This document shows positions 10,578 to 21,495 of a stretch of 64,000 bases of DNA, piece after piece. Below the pieces are notes generated by a model. That model saw only the letters and a program-made list of their open reading frames with translations. It was not told the origin of the DNA and ran no database searches. How positions within the stretch are numbered: position 1 is the stretch's first letter; each line of letters begins with the position of its first letter. A program made the position numbers and the translations under genes. The DNA comes from a virus. The stretch lies in the IMG/VR virus record IMGVR_UViG_3300045988_010351. The stretch is one strand, 5' to 3'.

Positions 10578-12872
10578 TTACTTCTTCTTAATAGTTAAAT
10601 AACCACCCTTAGCTTTCTTATTCTTAGCTTTACTAGCTTTATTAGCTTCTTCTCTTACTGTGGCCTTTTCAGCTTCACTAAGGTCTTCATAACCATTCTT
10701 ATATGTAATCTTACCCTTGTTATCAATAGAATAGTATAAAGCAGGATTACTCATAATCATATTTCTGCTATACTCTTCTCTACCAATATCTCCAAGAGAA
10801 TTAAAGAGGTTAGTAAGGTTAGCACTCATACTTGCAACTCTTCTTGCATCAACAGCATCTCTTACTGTCATAGCCTGTGCAACACCACTTAGTCTTGAAC
10901 TTCTTGCCTTTAAGGCAGCTTCTTGATTTGCCATTGCAGCCTTGAGTCCCATCTCAGCATTAGCTTGATTAGTGCCCCTATTAAATTGTTCAACAGCTTG
11001 TCTTTGTGCTAAGTTATACTCCTCAGCTTGTCTTGCAAGGTCTCCTAATTTACCCTGTGCATTGTAATCAGCAGCTAATAGACCAGCCAGTGCTGTTGCT
11101 CTGTTTCCTGCACTTTGATTTACAATAGCTCTTCTAGTAGCACCAGATTGTGCATTAAGTTTATTTATATAATAGTTCCTATCAAATGGTTGGTAGGTTA
11201 AATAATCACCCAATGGATTAAACCCAATTGGGGTATATCTTCCTGCTTCATTAGCTGCATTAAGTATAGCATCTGAACTTGAATAGTCAGGCTTACTGAA
11301 TATATTTTGTCCAAGACCTATTGCAGCACCTACTACAGGAGCATATCTCAGTGCAGTAAGGTCAAATTTTTTATCATTAGGTTTATCATTAGTTTCTTTA
11401 TTAACAGTAGATTCTGCTGTTTGTATATCCTCTATAGGTACTCCTAAATGTGAAGCTCTGGAGTATGTTAAACCTTCAGGGGTAAGAATACCATTATTAT
11501 CATATATAGGTGTAGGAACAGTTTGGTCAGGAACACTGGCTCCAAAAAGATGTGCATCTCTAGAAAGATTTAAGAAATTATCATCTGGCCCAGGGCCATC
11601 AAATAATGTACCCATTCTACCACCATGTGCATATTGTATTCCTTCTTGACCTACTTGATTCTGTTGTCTTATAGCTTCTTGAGCTTGCTGTAATTTTGAC
11701 ATAGCACTCATGAGGCCCCTCTTACTTATTGGGTCATTAGGTCTTTCCTCACTTTCCTTTTGTAATTTCTTTGCAGCTTTTGCAAAAGTAAGGTTCTTAC
11801 CTTTACTCAAACCTAGAGAACTCCTTATACTATTGGGAACATTCATTCTATCACTAAATACATAATCATTAAAGATAACTTCTCCCTCTTCAACAAGGTT
11901 AGGAGTTCCTTGGTCATCTACACCCATTTGTACACCCTCCATAGGGTTTTCTTCATGAGTGCCTCCATTACCTATCATAATAAGGCCATTACTAAAATCT
12001 CCCCCATTAGTATTAAGGTCTCCACCAAAAGCATGTTTCCATTTCCTAGCATTAAGAGCAAAGGTAGCCATCTTCCTTTGTTCAGGAGTACCATGCTCTT
12101 TATACCAAGTAGAAGATTTTCCTGTTCTCTCTTTTAATCTAGTAAATTTACCTCTATTTTCAGGTTTAATATGTATATTACCACCATCAGCAAAAGTATT
12201 ACCAAAGGGTGACATTGTTCCTGTATATCTCATAGTTAGTGGTCCTCCATATGCTGCATAGTTAGCAAGAGCATTTAAGTCATTTTGTGTATCAACATTC
12301 TCAGCAGTAGCCCCAAAGTTAGCTATAGCTTGTTGGTTAGCTCTCTCTCTTTGCCTATTAAGCTCTGCTGTAAGATTCTTAGCCTTGTCACTAAACCAAC
12401 CATCCTTACCAATATCAGACCTGTTTATATTACCTAACAGACCAAAGTTAGACTGGTCTAATAGGTCTGTCGTATTTGAGGCAGCAAACTGCATATTGCT
12501 CTGTTGTGTATTAGCAGCTTTGGCTTCTTGCACTGCCTGTTCATTTATTTGACTGCCAAAGGCTTTATTTACCAAGCCTCCAACTATATTAAGTCCAGCT
12601 CCAGCTATAGCACCCCAAGGGCCAGGAATAGCACTAGCTATGCTACCTAATCCTTGCATAGCATTGCCTACTCCAGAGGATAGTCCTCCTGAAATACCTT
12701 GACCTGCCATAGAACTAGCAGCACCTACAACACTATTAAGTGCTCCACTATTAAAGGCATTACCTAAGTTTTTTCCAAAACTTAAATTTTTATCCCAAAC
12801 AGGGCCACCATTATAAAAATAGTTTGCTTTTCTTTTTTTCTTAGTCATAGTATACTTATTAATTTTTTGCAA
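10578..12872 (-). CDS. Gly/Ala/Asn/Gln-rich virion protein (764 aa)
   Basis: Long ORF with low-complexity G/A/N/Q composition. Shares a short 'FADGG' motif with the 852-aa lysozyme-domain protein. Confidence 0.75.
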   Translation of the reverse strand: MQKINKYTMTKKKRKANYFYNGGPVWDKNLSFGKNLGNAFNSGALNSVVGAASSMAGQGISGGLSSGVGNAMQGLGSIASAIPGPWGAIAGAGLNIVGGLVNKAFGSQINEQAVQEAKAANTQQSNMQFAASNTTDLLDQSNFGLLGNINRSDIGKDGWFSDKAKNLTAELNRQRERANQQAIANFGATAENVDTQNDLNALANYAAYGGPLTMRYTGTMSPFGNTFADGGNIHIKPENRGKFTRLKERTGKSSTWYKEHGTPEQRKMATFALNARKWKHAFGGDLNTNGGDFSNGLIMIGNGGTHEENPMEGVQMGVDDQGTPNLVEEGEVIFNDYVFSDRMNVPNSIRSSLGLSKGKNLTFAKAAKKLQKESEERPNDPISKRGLMSAMSKLQQAQEAIRQQNQVGQEGIQYAHGGRMGTLFDGPGPDDNFLNLSRDAHLFGASVPDQTVPTPIYDNNGILTPEGLTYSRASHLGVPIEDIQTAESTVNKETNDKPNDKKFDLTALRYAPVVGAAIGLGQNIFSKPDYSSSDAILNAANEAGRYTPIGFNPLGDYLTYQPFDRNYYINKLNAQSGATRRAIVNQSAGNRATALAGLLAADYNAQGKLGDLARQAEEYNLAQRQAVEQFNRGTNQANAEMGLKAAMANQEAALKARSSRLSGVAQAMTVRDAVDARRVASMSANLTNLFNSLGDIGREEYSRNMIMSNPALYYSIDNKGKITYKNGYEDLSEAEKATVREEANKASKAKNKKAKGGYLTIKKK

Positions 12873-12907
12873 AGATAATAAATCATTTTTGAATATGAAA
12901 GACTTAT

Positions 12908-12955
12908 ATGAAAAAAGTAGTGGTAGACAAATTAAATAACTTATCTACCACTACT
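12908..12955 (-). terminator. rho-independent terminator between the 1565-aa and 764-aa genes
   Basis: Perfect 12-bp stem AGTAGTGGTAGA / TCTACCACTACT, followed on the minus strand by TTTTTT. Confidence 0.7.
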
Positions 12956-12967
12956 ACTCTTGTTTAT

Positions 12968-15900
12968 TTAGATATAATAAGTAACTGCCAAATCATATAA
13001 CCTTACTTCAGTGTCACTATTACCTACCATTGTAATTTTAGCCCAAGGATTTCTTACTCTGTCTCTACTATTAGTGTTTCTACCAATTTGCCATCTCCAA
13101 GTTCTAAACTTTTTCTTTAGAGAACTTGTAGTAGATATTGCTGTCTGGTATTCATTTGTAGTAACTAGAGAATTGAAAGGGTAACTATCAGCTTTCCAGT
13201 TAATGAAATGTTCTATGCCATTAGTCCTAAACTCTACAGTATCAAATATCTTATCAAGCTGGAACTCAGGATTAGCTATAACAGCAAGAGAGTATCCTTT
13301 ATTTTCTCCAAAGAAAATACCATAGTCTTTTCCTCCCTGTAACTTCCAAATCTTATTTCCTTTTATCTGATAAGTATTACCTTCAACATTGAACATCCAC
13401 TCTACCTTACCATAGTCATAGAATGAAGAGAATGCACCTAACCTTTCACTGAAAGCCAGTGAGTCTGTACTTGTTGTGAAGTAAATATCACTGTTGTTCC
13501 TGTCATAGAATGTTCTAATAGCACCATAGTCTTCAAGATTCCATGAATCTAAAGATACATTATTATTTATCCAAGAGTACATGTTCTTGGTATATGCAAG
13601 GTCTACTATGTTCTGTCCATTAAAGGATAAGATACCTTGATTTAGGTCATCTACAAAATACAACCCACTAGGTGTCTCTGCTATAGACCATTTATTTTGG
13701 CATCCATACTTGTCAGTCAGATATACTTTACCATCTACTTTACCACTATTAGCAATCTCAATAGGTACTCCATCTGAAGCATTTATCTGCACTCTAGGAT
13801 TAAAGATGACTTTACTGATACCTGTATCTTGGAAAGCATATATGTCATTATTAAACCTTCTTAGTGCCTGAAGTCCACCCTTATCCCCATCCAAGTCCAT
13901 TACATTAGCAGCATTGATATTAGTCCAAGAATCTATATCTTCTCCTAATGTCTTAGTTTTAGACCACATTATCTGATTTGGGAATCTAATAACAGATGTA
14001 TCATCCTCTCTCAGATAAGCATAATTGAAGAAAGTATTCCTTTGGGAATATACCTTGTTGAACAAGTTGAAGTTAGTAGGAGAAACAGCCAAGTTATTTT
14101 TATTACCCCTATTTCTGTCATACCTACCATCTACATTTATCCTAGTTTCACAGCAAAAAGATACTATATCAACTATTCTATTGACATTATCATTAGCTAA
14201 TGGATAAGTCTTTAAGTGGTCATATCTCCCCAAGAATGTATCTCCTTGATTTCCGTATAGTGTAACAGTACCACTATTAGTAAAATATACAATGTCCCCA
14301 CAAGGACACCAAGTGTTATTAGCCTTAGCTTGTTCTGAAGTACCTCCAAACCTGTTGGTTACATTATCCCTGTATAATTCTCCTACTATAAAGTAATAAG
14401 CAGCGTCATCATTTGTATCATCAATTGTTCTATGTTGTAGATTAAAATTCAACAAATCAGATGTAGTTCTTATCTCCTTTTGATAAATACCTGTATACGA
14501 ATTAACTTCATCTTTTGATAACCATGCTATTGGTAAATAGGCACCATCTTCATAGAATGGGTATCCTACTGTTTCATTGTCATAGTCACCATTTGATATA
14601 TTTGGAAGTATTTCATATCTCCCTGCATATTCTCCCTTTTTGACCTTATCAAATGCAAATACTGCATGTCCCGTTGATTTATATTGTATTGGTATAGGGT
14701 CTGAACTATAAATATTTCTTGGGGATATAAAGCCTCCAAGGTTTCCTATCTTATCAACTTTCGTATACTTATAATTACTTTCTCTAGGATATTGTAAGTC
14801 TAATGGAACATCATTATATGGGTTAGTATTATAGTACCAATTTTGGACTCTTATTTTATGCTCATCATAATTTCCATCTCCTTCACAAGTGAGTATTTTA
14901 TCTATATTTCCTCTATATATAATGCCAGTAGAAGTTCCCCACATATCCTTAGTATTTAGTACTTTTATGGCACTATTAGTATCTGTATCATTCCACAGTT
15001 CTACATTAGAAATATTCATATTATATTCTTCACCTAAGTATACAGAGGGTAAACATATCCTTAAAGAAGACATGACTTTAGTCTTTAGTAGAGACTTTCT
15101 ATTTTCAGAGGAATCTGTTTTACCTTGATTGGATAAAGAACCATTTCTATGCCAAGGATATATTGGATAACTTGCTGCTCCCATTATACCATCTTTATTA
15201 CCTGGGTAAGTCTCATTAGTACCAAGAGCTATGCCATCTATCCACATAGGGTAATTAATCAGAGAATATCCTGATATATGAGAAGGAGATGCACTAGGGG
15301 ATTCTATATTATCATTATATAATCCACTATAATTAGGAACAAATGGATTTGTATAGGAAACATCTATATCTGATAATGTGGTCTTTACAGGAGCAAATCC
15401 AACTACTCTAAACTTTACTCCACTCAGTGATATATTCTGAATATCATCATTGAAAGAATCATCTAATTCTGGAGAGTGCAGAGTTACTACCCTTTTTTCA
15501 ACCCCAAAGGCATTCTTAAAATTATCAGCAATATCTTCTCTAGTAGGCGTTCTTAAATAATAATCTGTTGCTTTTGGAGTATTCACAACCCCAAATATTT
15601 CAGAGTTAAAACATTCTGAGTCAGGTAATCCAATAACAGCATCTTTATATTTGTAATTTTCCTTAATAGATTTAGATACCATCCTATATTCCAAAGGTGC
15701 TCCTCTCTGTAAAAGAGACTCAGTACTTTTATCTGACATATAGGCTGTACCAAATTTATTGTATCTAGAATAAGATGGTCTAGCAAACCAAGAAGATTGC
15801 ACATAAGGAGAGTTATCATTTCTATCTCCTAAGTTATATACTGTAGGACATACTATACCTTGGCATAATACATTTCTGTCATAGATAGTAGGATATACAC

Positions 15901-17665
15901 ATACTAATCTTGCTGCAATATATTCCTTTGTTATACCCTCAGGAATATAGACCTTTGCTTTCATAATTGGTCTTTGTCTTATACCATCGTTGTATGTATT
16001 AGGAACTACTCTAAGGGAATTTTCCTTGTCTCCTAAATATACTACTTCAGACCATACTCCTCTTTTTGAGAGGAACTGTACTCCAAATCTGTAGACTTCT
16101 CCTTTCTGAAAGAATGTAATATCCTTGCTACTTCTTAATAAATTGCTGTTAGTATTCCATTGAATATCTAGATAAGAGCTATCATCACTATTATCAGTGA
16201 CATTCTCTAATATATATTCCAGAGTACTTTTGGCTTCCACCTTATCCTTATCTGTATCTTCTATAAAGGACTTCTCTGTGCTTATGTTACCAAGAAACAG
16301 AGTGCCATCCTTATGTGACAAAGTACCTGCTATTAACTCTGTGCCTCCAAGATATAATAATTCTGATGGGTCTACAGCAGTTCCTGTAGTCCCTGTATCA
16401 TATATTACAGTTCCACTTATAGTTTTTTTACCTATGATTGGTTCTACACCCGATTCACCTAATGGATTATCACCATCTGCTATAGTCAATTGGTATTTCT
16501 TTTCTACTCTTTGGTCATTAGTAATAGTTGGCCATAGCATCTTTGCAGACTTATTGGCTGGTATAGTGTATGTTATACCTGTGCTTCTATCTGTTATATA
16601 GAAAGGCTCATTTGTATCAACATCTATTGGGCTACTACCTAGTTGTACTCTTGGGTTTACTATAGCACAATCATATTGCTGTGTTACTAAATCTGTACCT
16701 CTGTACACTTTAGACTCTTGCCCAAGTCTCAATATATTATCAATAAGACCTGAACTAATAGGGTCATTATCACCATACCTTAATAAGAAAGGATTGCTTA
16801 CATTATTTGTCAATGAAAATGCAGAATACTCTTCATCATAACTTGACTCAGTTTTGAAATCTCCTATATATTCCACAGAGGGAGTAGCATCTATAGAGGT
16901 TCTCATTATTCTATAAATTCTACAATAATCAAAACTATTACTAAGATTTTTGATTACTAGCTTAAATGCAGATGCTGACTTCTGTGTACCATCAGGGTTT
17001 AACCCTCTACCATTATCAGAAGTATAATATAGTGCAGACTGATATATTGCAGGAGTTTCTTGACCATGCTTATTAAAGTAAGCAATTGCATATTGCACTA
17101 CACCACCATCAAATACAGCATTAACTCCAGGTGCTATACTCACTTCCAATTGTATAGGAGAGACTTTGCTATCACCTACTATTTTGGGAATGAAATCAAA
17201 TTGAGTATCATTTCCTTCGTTATAACTATTGCATATATTTATTAGTCTGGGCTGATTTTTACCATCTACCCAATATACTTTCTGAATCTCTTCATTCTCA
17301 TATATGCCTATACTTTCTATAGGATGGCCAGTATCAAAGCCTAAATTTCCTCTATATAACTCAGACTCCTTCTGTAGTTTACCATCAATACTTGCTATCT
17401 TATAAATTGCATCTGGCTTATCTTCTCCTAAACCAGTTACAAATAGGATAGCATAGTTATTGATTACTTGAGTGCCAATAACAGTACCTTGTATTGTGAG
17501 TACTTCGGAATTGCTTTTCTCATTGACAAGACATAATGAGGTATTATCACCAGTAGTAACTACCCTCATGTTCCTAATGGTATATGCAGCATTAGCAGGA
17601 AATTGACTAACTGCCAAATCCTGCTGCATACTTTTAGGTATTATGGATACTTGCTTCTTTTGCAT
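12968..17665 (-). CDS. large virion protein (1565 aa), beta-rich; tail or muzzle candidate
   Basis: Uninterrupted 4.7-kb ORF following the tail-lysozyme gene. Confidence 0.85.
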   Translation of the reverse strand: MQKKQVSIIPKSMQQDLAVSQFPANAAYTIRNMRVVTTGDNTSLCLVNEKSNSEVLTIQGTVIGTQVINNYAILFVTGLGEDKPDAIYKIASIDGKLQKESELYRGNLGFDTGHPIESIGIYENEEIQKVYWVDGKNQPRLINICNSYNEGNDTQFDFIPKIVGDSKVSPIQLEVSIAPGVNAVFDGGVVQYAIAYFNKHGQETPAIYQSALYYTSDNGRGLNPDGTQKSASAFKLVIKNLSNSFDYCRIYRIMRTSIDATPSVEYIGDFKTESSYDEEYSAFSLTNNVSNPFLLRYGDNDPISSGLIDNILRLGQESKVYRGTDLVTQQYDCAIVNPRVQLGSSPIDVDTNEPFYITDRSTGITYTIPANKSAKMLWPTITNDQRVEKKYQLTIADGDNPLGESGVEPIIGKKTISGTVIYDTGTTGTAVDPSELLYLGGTELIAGTLSHKDGTLFLGNISTEKSFIEDTDKDKVEAKSTLEYILENVTDNSDDSSYLDIQWNTNSNLLRSSKDITFFQKGEVYRFGVQFLSKRGVWSEVVYLGDKENSLRVVPNTYNDGIRQRPIMKAKVYIPEGITKEYIAARLVCVYPTIYDRNVLCQGIVCPTVYNLGDRNDNSPYVQSSWFARPSYSRYNKFGTAYMSDKSTESLLQRGAPLEYRMVSKSIKENYKYKDAVIGLPDSECFNSEIFGVVNTPKATDYYLRTPTREDIADNFKNAFGVEKRVVTLHSPELDDSFNDDIQNISLSGVKFRVVGFAPVKTTLSDIDVSYTNPFVPNYSGLYNDNIESPSASPSHISGYSLINYPMWIDGIALGTNETYPGNKDGIMGAASYPIYPWHRNGSLSNQGKTDSSENRKSLLKTKVMSSLRICLPSVYLGEEYNMNISNVELWNDTDTNSAIKVLNTKDMWGTSTGIIYRGNIDKILTCEGDGNYDEHKIRVQNWYYNTNPYNDVPLDLQYPRESNYKYTKVDKIGNLGGFISPRNIYSSDPIPIQYKSTGHAVFAFDKVKKGEYAGRYEILPNISNGDYDNETVGYPFYEDGAYLPIAWLSKDEVNSYTGIYQKEIRTTSDLLNFNLQHRTIDDTNDDAAYYFIVGELYRDNVTNRFGGTSEQAKANNTWCPCGDIVYFTNSGTVTLYGNQGDTFLGRYDHLKTYPLANDNVNRIVDIVSFCCETRINVDGRYDRNRGNKNNLAVSPTNFNLFNKVYSQRNTFFNYAYLREDDTSVIRFPNQIMWSKTKTLGEDIDSWTNINAANVMDLDGDKGGLQALRRFNNDIYAFQDTGISKVIFNPRVQINASDGVPIEIANSGKVDGKVYLTDKYGCQNKWSIAETPSGLYFVDDLNQGILSFNGQNIVDLAYTKNMYSWINNNVSLDSWNLEDYGAIRTFYDRNNSDIYFTTSTDSLAFSERLGAFSSFYDYGKVEWMFNVEGNTYQIKGNKIWKLQGGKDYGIFFGENKGYSLAVIANPEFQLDKIFDTVEFRTNGIEHFINWKADSYPFNSLVTTNEYQTAISTTSSLKKKFRTWRWQIGRNTNSRDRVRNPWAKITMVGNSDTEVRLYDLAVTYYI

Positions 17666-17667
17666 AG

Positions 17668-18366
17668 TTATTGTAGTTTAATATATTCTCTTCTTCCCAA
17701 TTGTTTCATGCCTTTACTATGCTCATTATTTCTTTGCAATAACTGAGTCCACATATTACTGATGGACTCCATTTGGTCTATAGTAGGCATAGTTAAATCT
17801 CTTTGGGCTTGACCAACTGCCCAAGCATATTCTTGCTGAGTATTCTGTAATACTGCATTATTAATTTTACCTTGGTCAAAGAGAATAGTAAATACTTTTT
17901 TCTTAATATAAAGTTCTAATGCTTGTATAAAGCTACTATTTTCAGGTATCATAGGATAACCTTCTTTATCAACTTTAATTGCATGATAAGCTATCTCTAT
18001 AGTACCCTCTTTAATAGAAGTATAAATAATACTATTTTGTAACTTGTAGGTTAAATCCCAAGTATCTGAATCTCCTTTCTTAGGACTATGATGGAAACTA
18101 TCTGTAGTATATCTAAATACTCTAGGACAATATTCTCCCTCCTTATAAGTTCTTACCTGTATCATATCATAGTAATCACAAGGTAAGCACCCTCTGTAAT
18201 CCTTTATGTCAATCAAGGCTGTCTTTTCTTCAAACTCATTAGGCACTCCTACAATTTGTAAAAAGTGTACAGTATAATTTACTACCCTTTCAAAAGATAG
18301 GTCTTGCAGTAGAGGATGCTCTAACAAGTCATCTAATGCCTGTTTTATACTTATATAGTTAACCAT
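17668..18366 (-). CDS. structural/assembly protein (232 aa)
   Basis: ORF overlapping the upstream gene by 16 nt. Confidence 0.65.
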   Translation of the reverse strand: MVNYISIKQALDDLLEHPLLQDLSFERVVNYTVHFLQIVGVPNEFEEKTALIDIKDYRGCLPCDYYDMIQVRTYKEGEYCPRVFRYTTDSFHHSPKKGDSDTWDLTYKLQNSIIYTSIKEGTIEIAYHAIKVDKEGYPMIPENSSFIQALELYIKKKVFTILFDQGKINNAVLQNTQQEYAWAVGQAQRDLTMPTIDQMESISNMWTQLLQRNNEHSKGMKQLGRREYIKLQ

Positions 18367-20909
18367 ATTCTTCTATCTCTTTGTTTTGGTTGTTTTGGTT
18401 GTCTTATCTGATTTATATAGTTTACATAATCAAAGAACCCAGGAGTATAATAAGACTCTTTCTGACTTTCAGTATTAAATGCTAATGGAAGAGTTTCAAT
18501 GTTGTCTTGTATTACTGGATTACTTTCTATAATAGGTTGAACTGCTGGAGTTATATCTAAAGGGGTAGCTAAAGGAGTAGTCTCTTGTACAGGAACATAA
18601 GCCCCAAGCATAGACCTTTCTTTCTTTCTTCTATTAGCTAATCCTCTATACTTCTTATCTCCAGAAGCCCACATAGTACCTTTAACATCTTCAATAGTTG
18701 CATTACCTTGTAGATACTTAGCTAATGTAGGAGCAGTTCTTGTCTTAAATCTTCCTGTTCCAACATTATAAGCAAAACTATATAATCCATCTAATTGCTC
18801 TTGACTTAGTTTCTCTAAAGCACCTTCAGGGAGTACTTGATTAAACATAGTATCCATTCTATCAAAAGGAACATTAGTTCTCATAGTAGAGCCTTCCCAA
18901 GTAGATATTTGTTTTCTAATATTGCTTGATGACCTATATCTAGTTGCTTTTTTACCTCCATCAGCAAATAAATTACCACCTAATGCTTTTTGATTTCCTT
19001 CATAACGATTTACATAATCATAATTAAAATCATCAAATCTTCCAGCTCTATCTCTATACATCCAACCTGTACCTAATTCATTTGGAATAAGTTCTGTATG
19101 ATTACCATTTGGAGTAACTGTTATTTCAGGTAATTGATAAGCACCATCATACATAACTTTTGTTGCTCCTCTATTATAGTCTAAATCTGAACCTAAATAA
19201 TCTAATACTCTATCTGTGTTTTCAGGTACAGCTTGTCTTGCAGACATATTAAATATTTTATCATTATTAAGCCAAGAATTAGCGCCTAAATCAGGATAAG
19301 TAGCATGATTTGGTGTTTTATAAATACCACTTCTACCTTCATCATCAAAATGACCATGCCCTCCTTTTTCAATAGACTCTAGTTGCCTATAAGCTCTATC
19401 TGGATCATCATTATAATACTTTTGATAATCATAATTATCTTGACTTAAATCTTGATTACCCCATGCTTTAGATAATCTAGTAGAAAAATCTTTATATGAT
19501 TTTTTAAGTGGTCCTCCCCCTTTCCTAATCCTTTTCCAATTATGTGCGGCATTTCTATCAAAAATAGAAAAACTTTGTGGAAATTTTTCTAATGGATTAC
19601 TATTAGGATATTCACCTACACTATAACCATGCGAAGATAAAAAGTCACTGACTTGCTTATTTACCCAAATATTATTATTATCAACATCCTCTATAGATAA
19701 TGGGTATTTACTCCTAGCATTTACTTTTTTATCTATTCCAGCATTAACTATTTTTCTTAGGTCTTCTTTGAAAGCACTACTTTCATTTGGAAATATTAAA
19801 TCTATAGCATCAACATTGTTATCTGTACCAAGACCAAATTTAAGTACTTTATATTTTCTAGTATATTTACCAGGAACACCTTGTACATCTGAGCCAGTTA
19901 AAGGAGTAAATTTCAGTTTCTTTAGAGATTTAGGAGAATATGCAGCTTTCAAGTATCTCTCTGTTAATGGGCTATCAATTTTTAATAAACTCATAGGGTC
20001 TCCTTTGCCAATAGGAGTAAACATATTATATCCATTACTACCCCTATCAAAAAATTCAAAACTAGGTCTTTTAACATACCCTTTATAAATAACATTTCCG
20101 AAATTAGAATTATAATCAGGATAGGGAGATACATGTAATCCTGCATCATTTTTAGTAGCTACATTAAAATTAGCTATATCAAATGGTTCAGGAGAATGAT
20201 GATATACCTTCATATATCTTGGGTCTAGTTCATATCTTAAATCTGAATTTAGTAGTCTTTGTCCAAGAACTTTACCTCCCTTTAATATATAATTAAAGGC
20301 CGCATCCCCCAAAGCACTTTCAAAAGCATTGTTTATAGAAGATAAAGGATAACGTGCTCCAAAATTTAATTGTTGGTTTGCTATTACAGGATTATAATTA
20401 AAACTATTTTGATTCATTGTATATGGGGAACCCATAGCAGCATTTAGAGCCGCAACTTCAAAATAGTTTTGTTTATTTCTTTCGGCTTCTTCTTTAGAAA
20501 CAGTAGGTCTATAACTATCATCATAAAATCCAGCTTGTGTTTTCTGCTGTAAGTTATCCTGTGCCATCTGTTTCCATACCTCAGCCATTTCTGGATGCTC
20601 TTTCTTGAACCTGTTTAACCAAGTTCTTTTACCTGTTACTGTGGCTTCTGATAAACCAATTGCAGCATCACGGCCTACAATTTTACCATTACCATCTATT
20701 GCAAAACCTTCTCCTGTAGATTTGTCTACATGCAAACTAAGTTTAGGAAGAGTCTTATCAGAGCCTTTTAATTCTTCATTCCTAGTATCTCCTCCCATTG
20801 CAAATTTATTATATATCCCTCTAATAGTATCTAAATCAGTAATACCATTCTCAATTCCTAATTTTATATAGGAGGCTCTATCTTTCATGGATAAATCATT
20901 CCAACTCAT
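18351..20909 (-). CDS. virion-associated peptidoglycan hydrolase (852 aa) with a C-terminal GH24 lysozyme-like domain
   Basis: The C-terminal sequence 'LDGLYSFAYNVGTGRFKT...W...GL.NRRKKE' matches the conserved lobe of lambda/T4-type lysozymes. The gene sits in the tail module. Confidence 0.75.
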   Translation of the reverse strand: MSWNDLSMKDRASYIKLGIENGITDLDTIRGIYNKFAMGGDTRNEELKGSDKTLPKLSLHVDKSTGEGFAIDGNGKIVGRDAAIGLSEATVTGKRTWLNRFKKEHPEMAEVWKQMAQDNLQQKTQAGFYDDSYRPTVSKEEAERNKQNYFEVAALNAAMGSPYTMNQNSFNYNPVIANQQLNFGARYPLSSINNAFESALGDAAFNYILKGGKVLGQRLLNSDLRYELDPRYMKVYHHSPEPFDIANFNVATKNDAGLHVSPYPDYNSNFGNVIYKGYVKRPSFEFFDRGSNGYNMFTPIGKGDPMSLLKIDSPLTERYLKAAYSPKSLKKLKFTPLTGSDVQGVPGKYTRKYKVLKFGLGTDNNVDAIDLIFPNESSAFKEDLRKIVNAGIDKKVNARSKYPLSIEDVDNNNIWVNKQVSDFLSSHGYSVGEYPNSNPLEKFPQSFSIFDRNAAHNWKRIRKGGGPLKKSYKDFSTRLSKAWGNQDLSQDNYDYQKYYNDDPDRAYRQLESIEKGGHGHFDDEGRSGIYKTPNHATYPDLGANSWLNNDKIFNMSARQAVPENTDRVLDYLGSDLDYNRGATKVMYDGAYQLPEITVTPNGNHTELIPNELGTGWMYRDRAGRFDDFNYDYVNRYEGNQKALGGNLFADGGKKATRYRSSSNIRKQISTWEGSTMRTNVPFDRMDTMFNQVLPEGALEKLSQEQLDGLYSFAYNVGTGRFKTRTAPTLAKYLQGNATIEDVKGTMWASGDKKYRGLANRRKKERSMLGAYVPVQETTPLATPLDITPAVQPIIESNPVIQDNIETLPLAFNTESQKESYYTPGFFDYVNYINQIRQPKQPKQRDRRIWLTI

Positions 20910-20910
20910 A

Positions 20911-21495
20911 TTATTTCTTATTTAGTAGGAAGGCATCTATCTTGCCATCCTTAATATTCTTTATAAGAGCCTTCTTTAATTCTCTATTAACCTTAAATTC
21001 ATAGAAGACTTGATTATTATATTTTGCTAACTGTTTATTATAGTAGACCTTAAAGATTTCTTTTTCCTCCACTTTAACCAGTGTTTTTTCCTTATAGGCT
21101 TCCTCATCTTCATACCATAATTTAAGAGTTTTATCCCAGTCTATAGGTAAGTTAGTCTTGACTTTTTCTCCATCAAGACTAACTCTCACATCGTATTTCC
21201 TTAGCTCTATTCTACCCATTCTATGTGGCAACTTAATATCATTACCTTGAAGAAAACTATCAGCTAAGTAATTATTGACTTTCCTTATAATGCTATAGAA
21301 CTCATGTTCTGTAAGACATTTTCCTATATTAAGCCATCTATTCTTTCTTATCCACTTGTAAGCATCATATACCCCCAATGAGTTATTGACTTTAGACTTT
21401 CTTGTATTTTTCAGATGTAAAATTTTAGACCTAAATTCTTCATAGGCCATACTTTCATCAACTACCTTATTTCTGCTTTCTTCAAGGCCAATCAT
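20911..21495 (-). CDS. hypothetical structural-module protein (194 aa)
   Basis: ORF, 1-nt spacing. Confidence 0.65.
   Translation of the reverse strand: MIGLEESRNKVVDESMAYEEFRSKILHLKNTRKSKVNNSLGVYDAYKWIRKNRWLNIGKCLTEHEFYSIIRKVNNYLADSFLQGNDIKLPHRMGRIELRKYDVRVSLDGEKVKTNLPIDWDKTLKLWYEDEEAYKEKTLVKVEEKEIFKVYYNKQLAKYNNQVFYEFKVNRELKKALIKNIKDGKIDAFLLNKK

Noticed and set aside
16900-17000. A 'MDLDGDKGG' segment in the 1565-aa protein resembling the RNAP beta-prime 'NADFDGD' metal-binding motif.
   Set aside because: The surrounding sequence is beta-rich and lacks the other conserved residues of the double-psi beta-barrel catalytic loop. A DxDGD match alone is too weak. It is kept only as something an HHpred run could settle.
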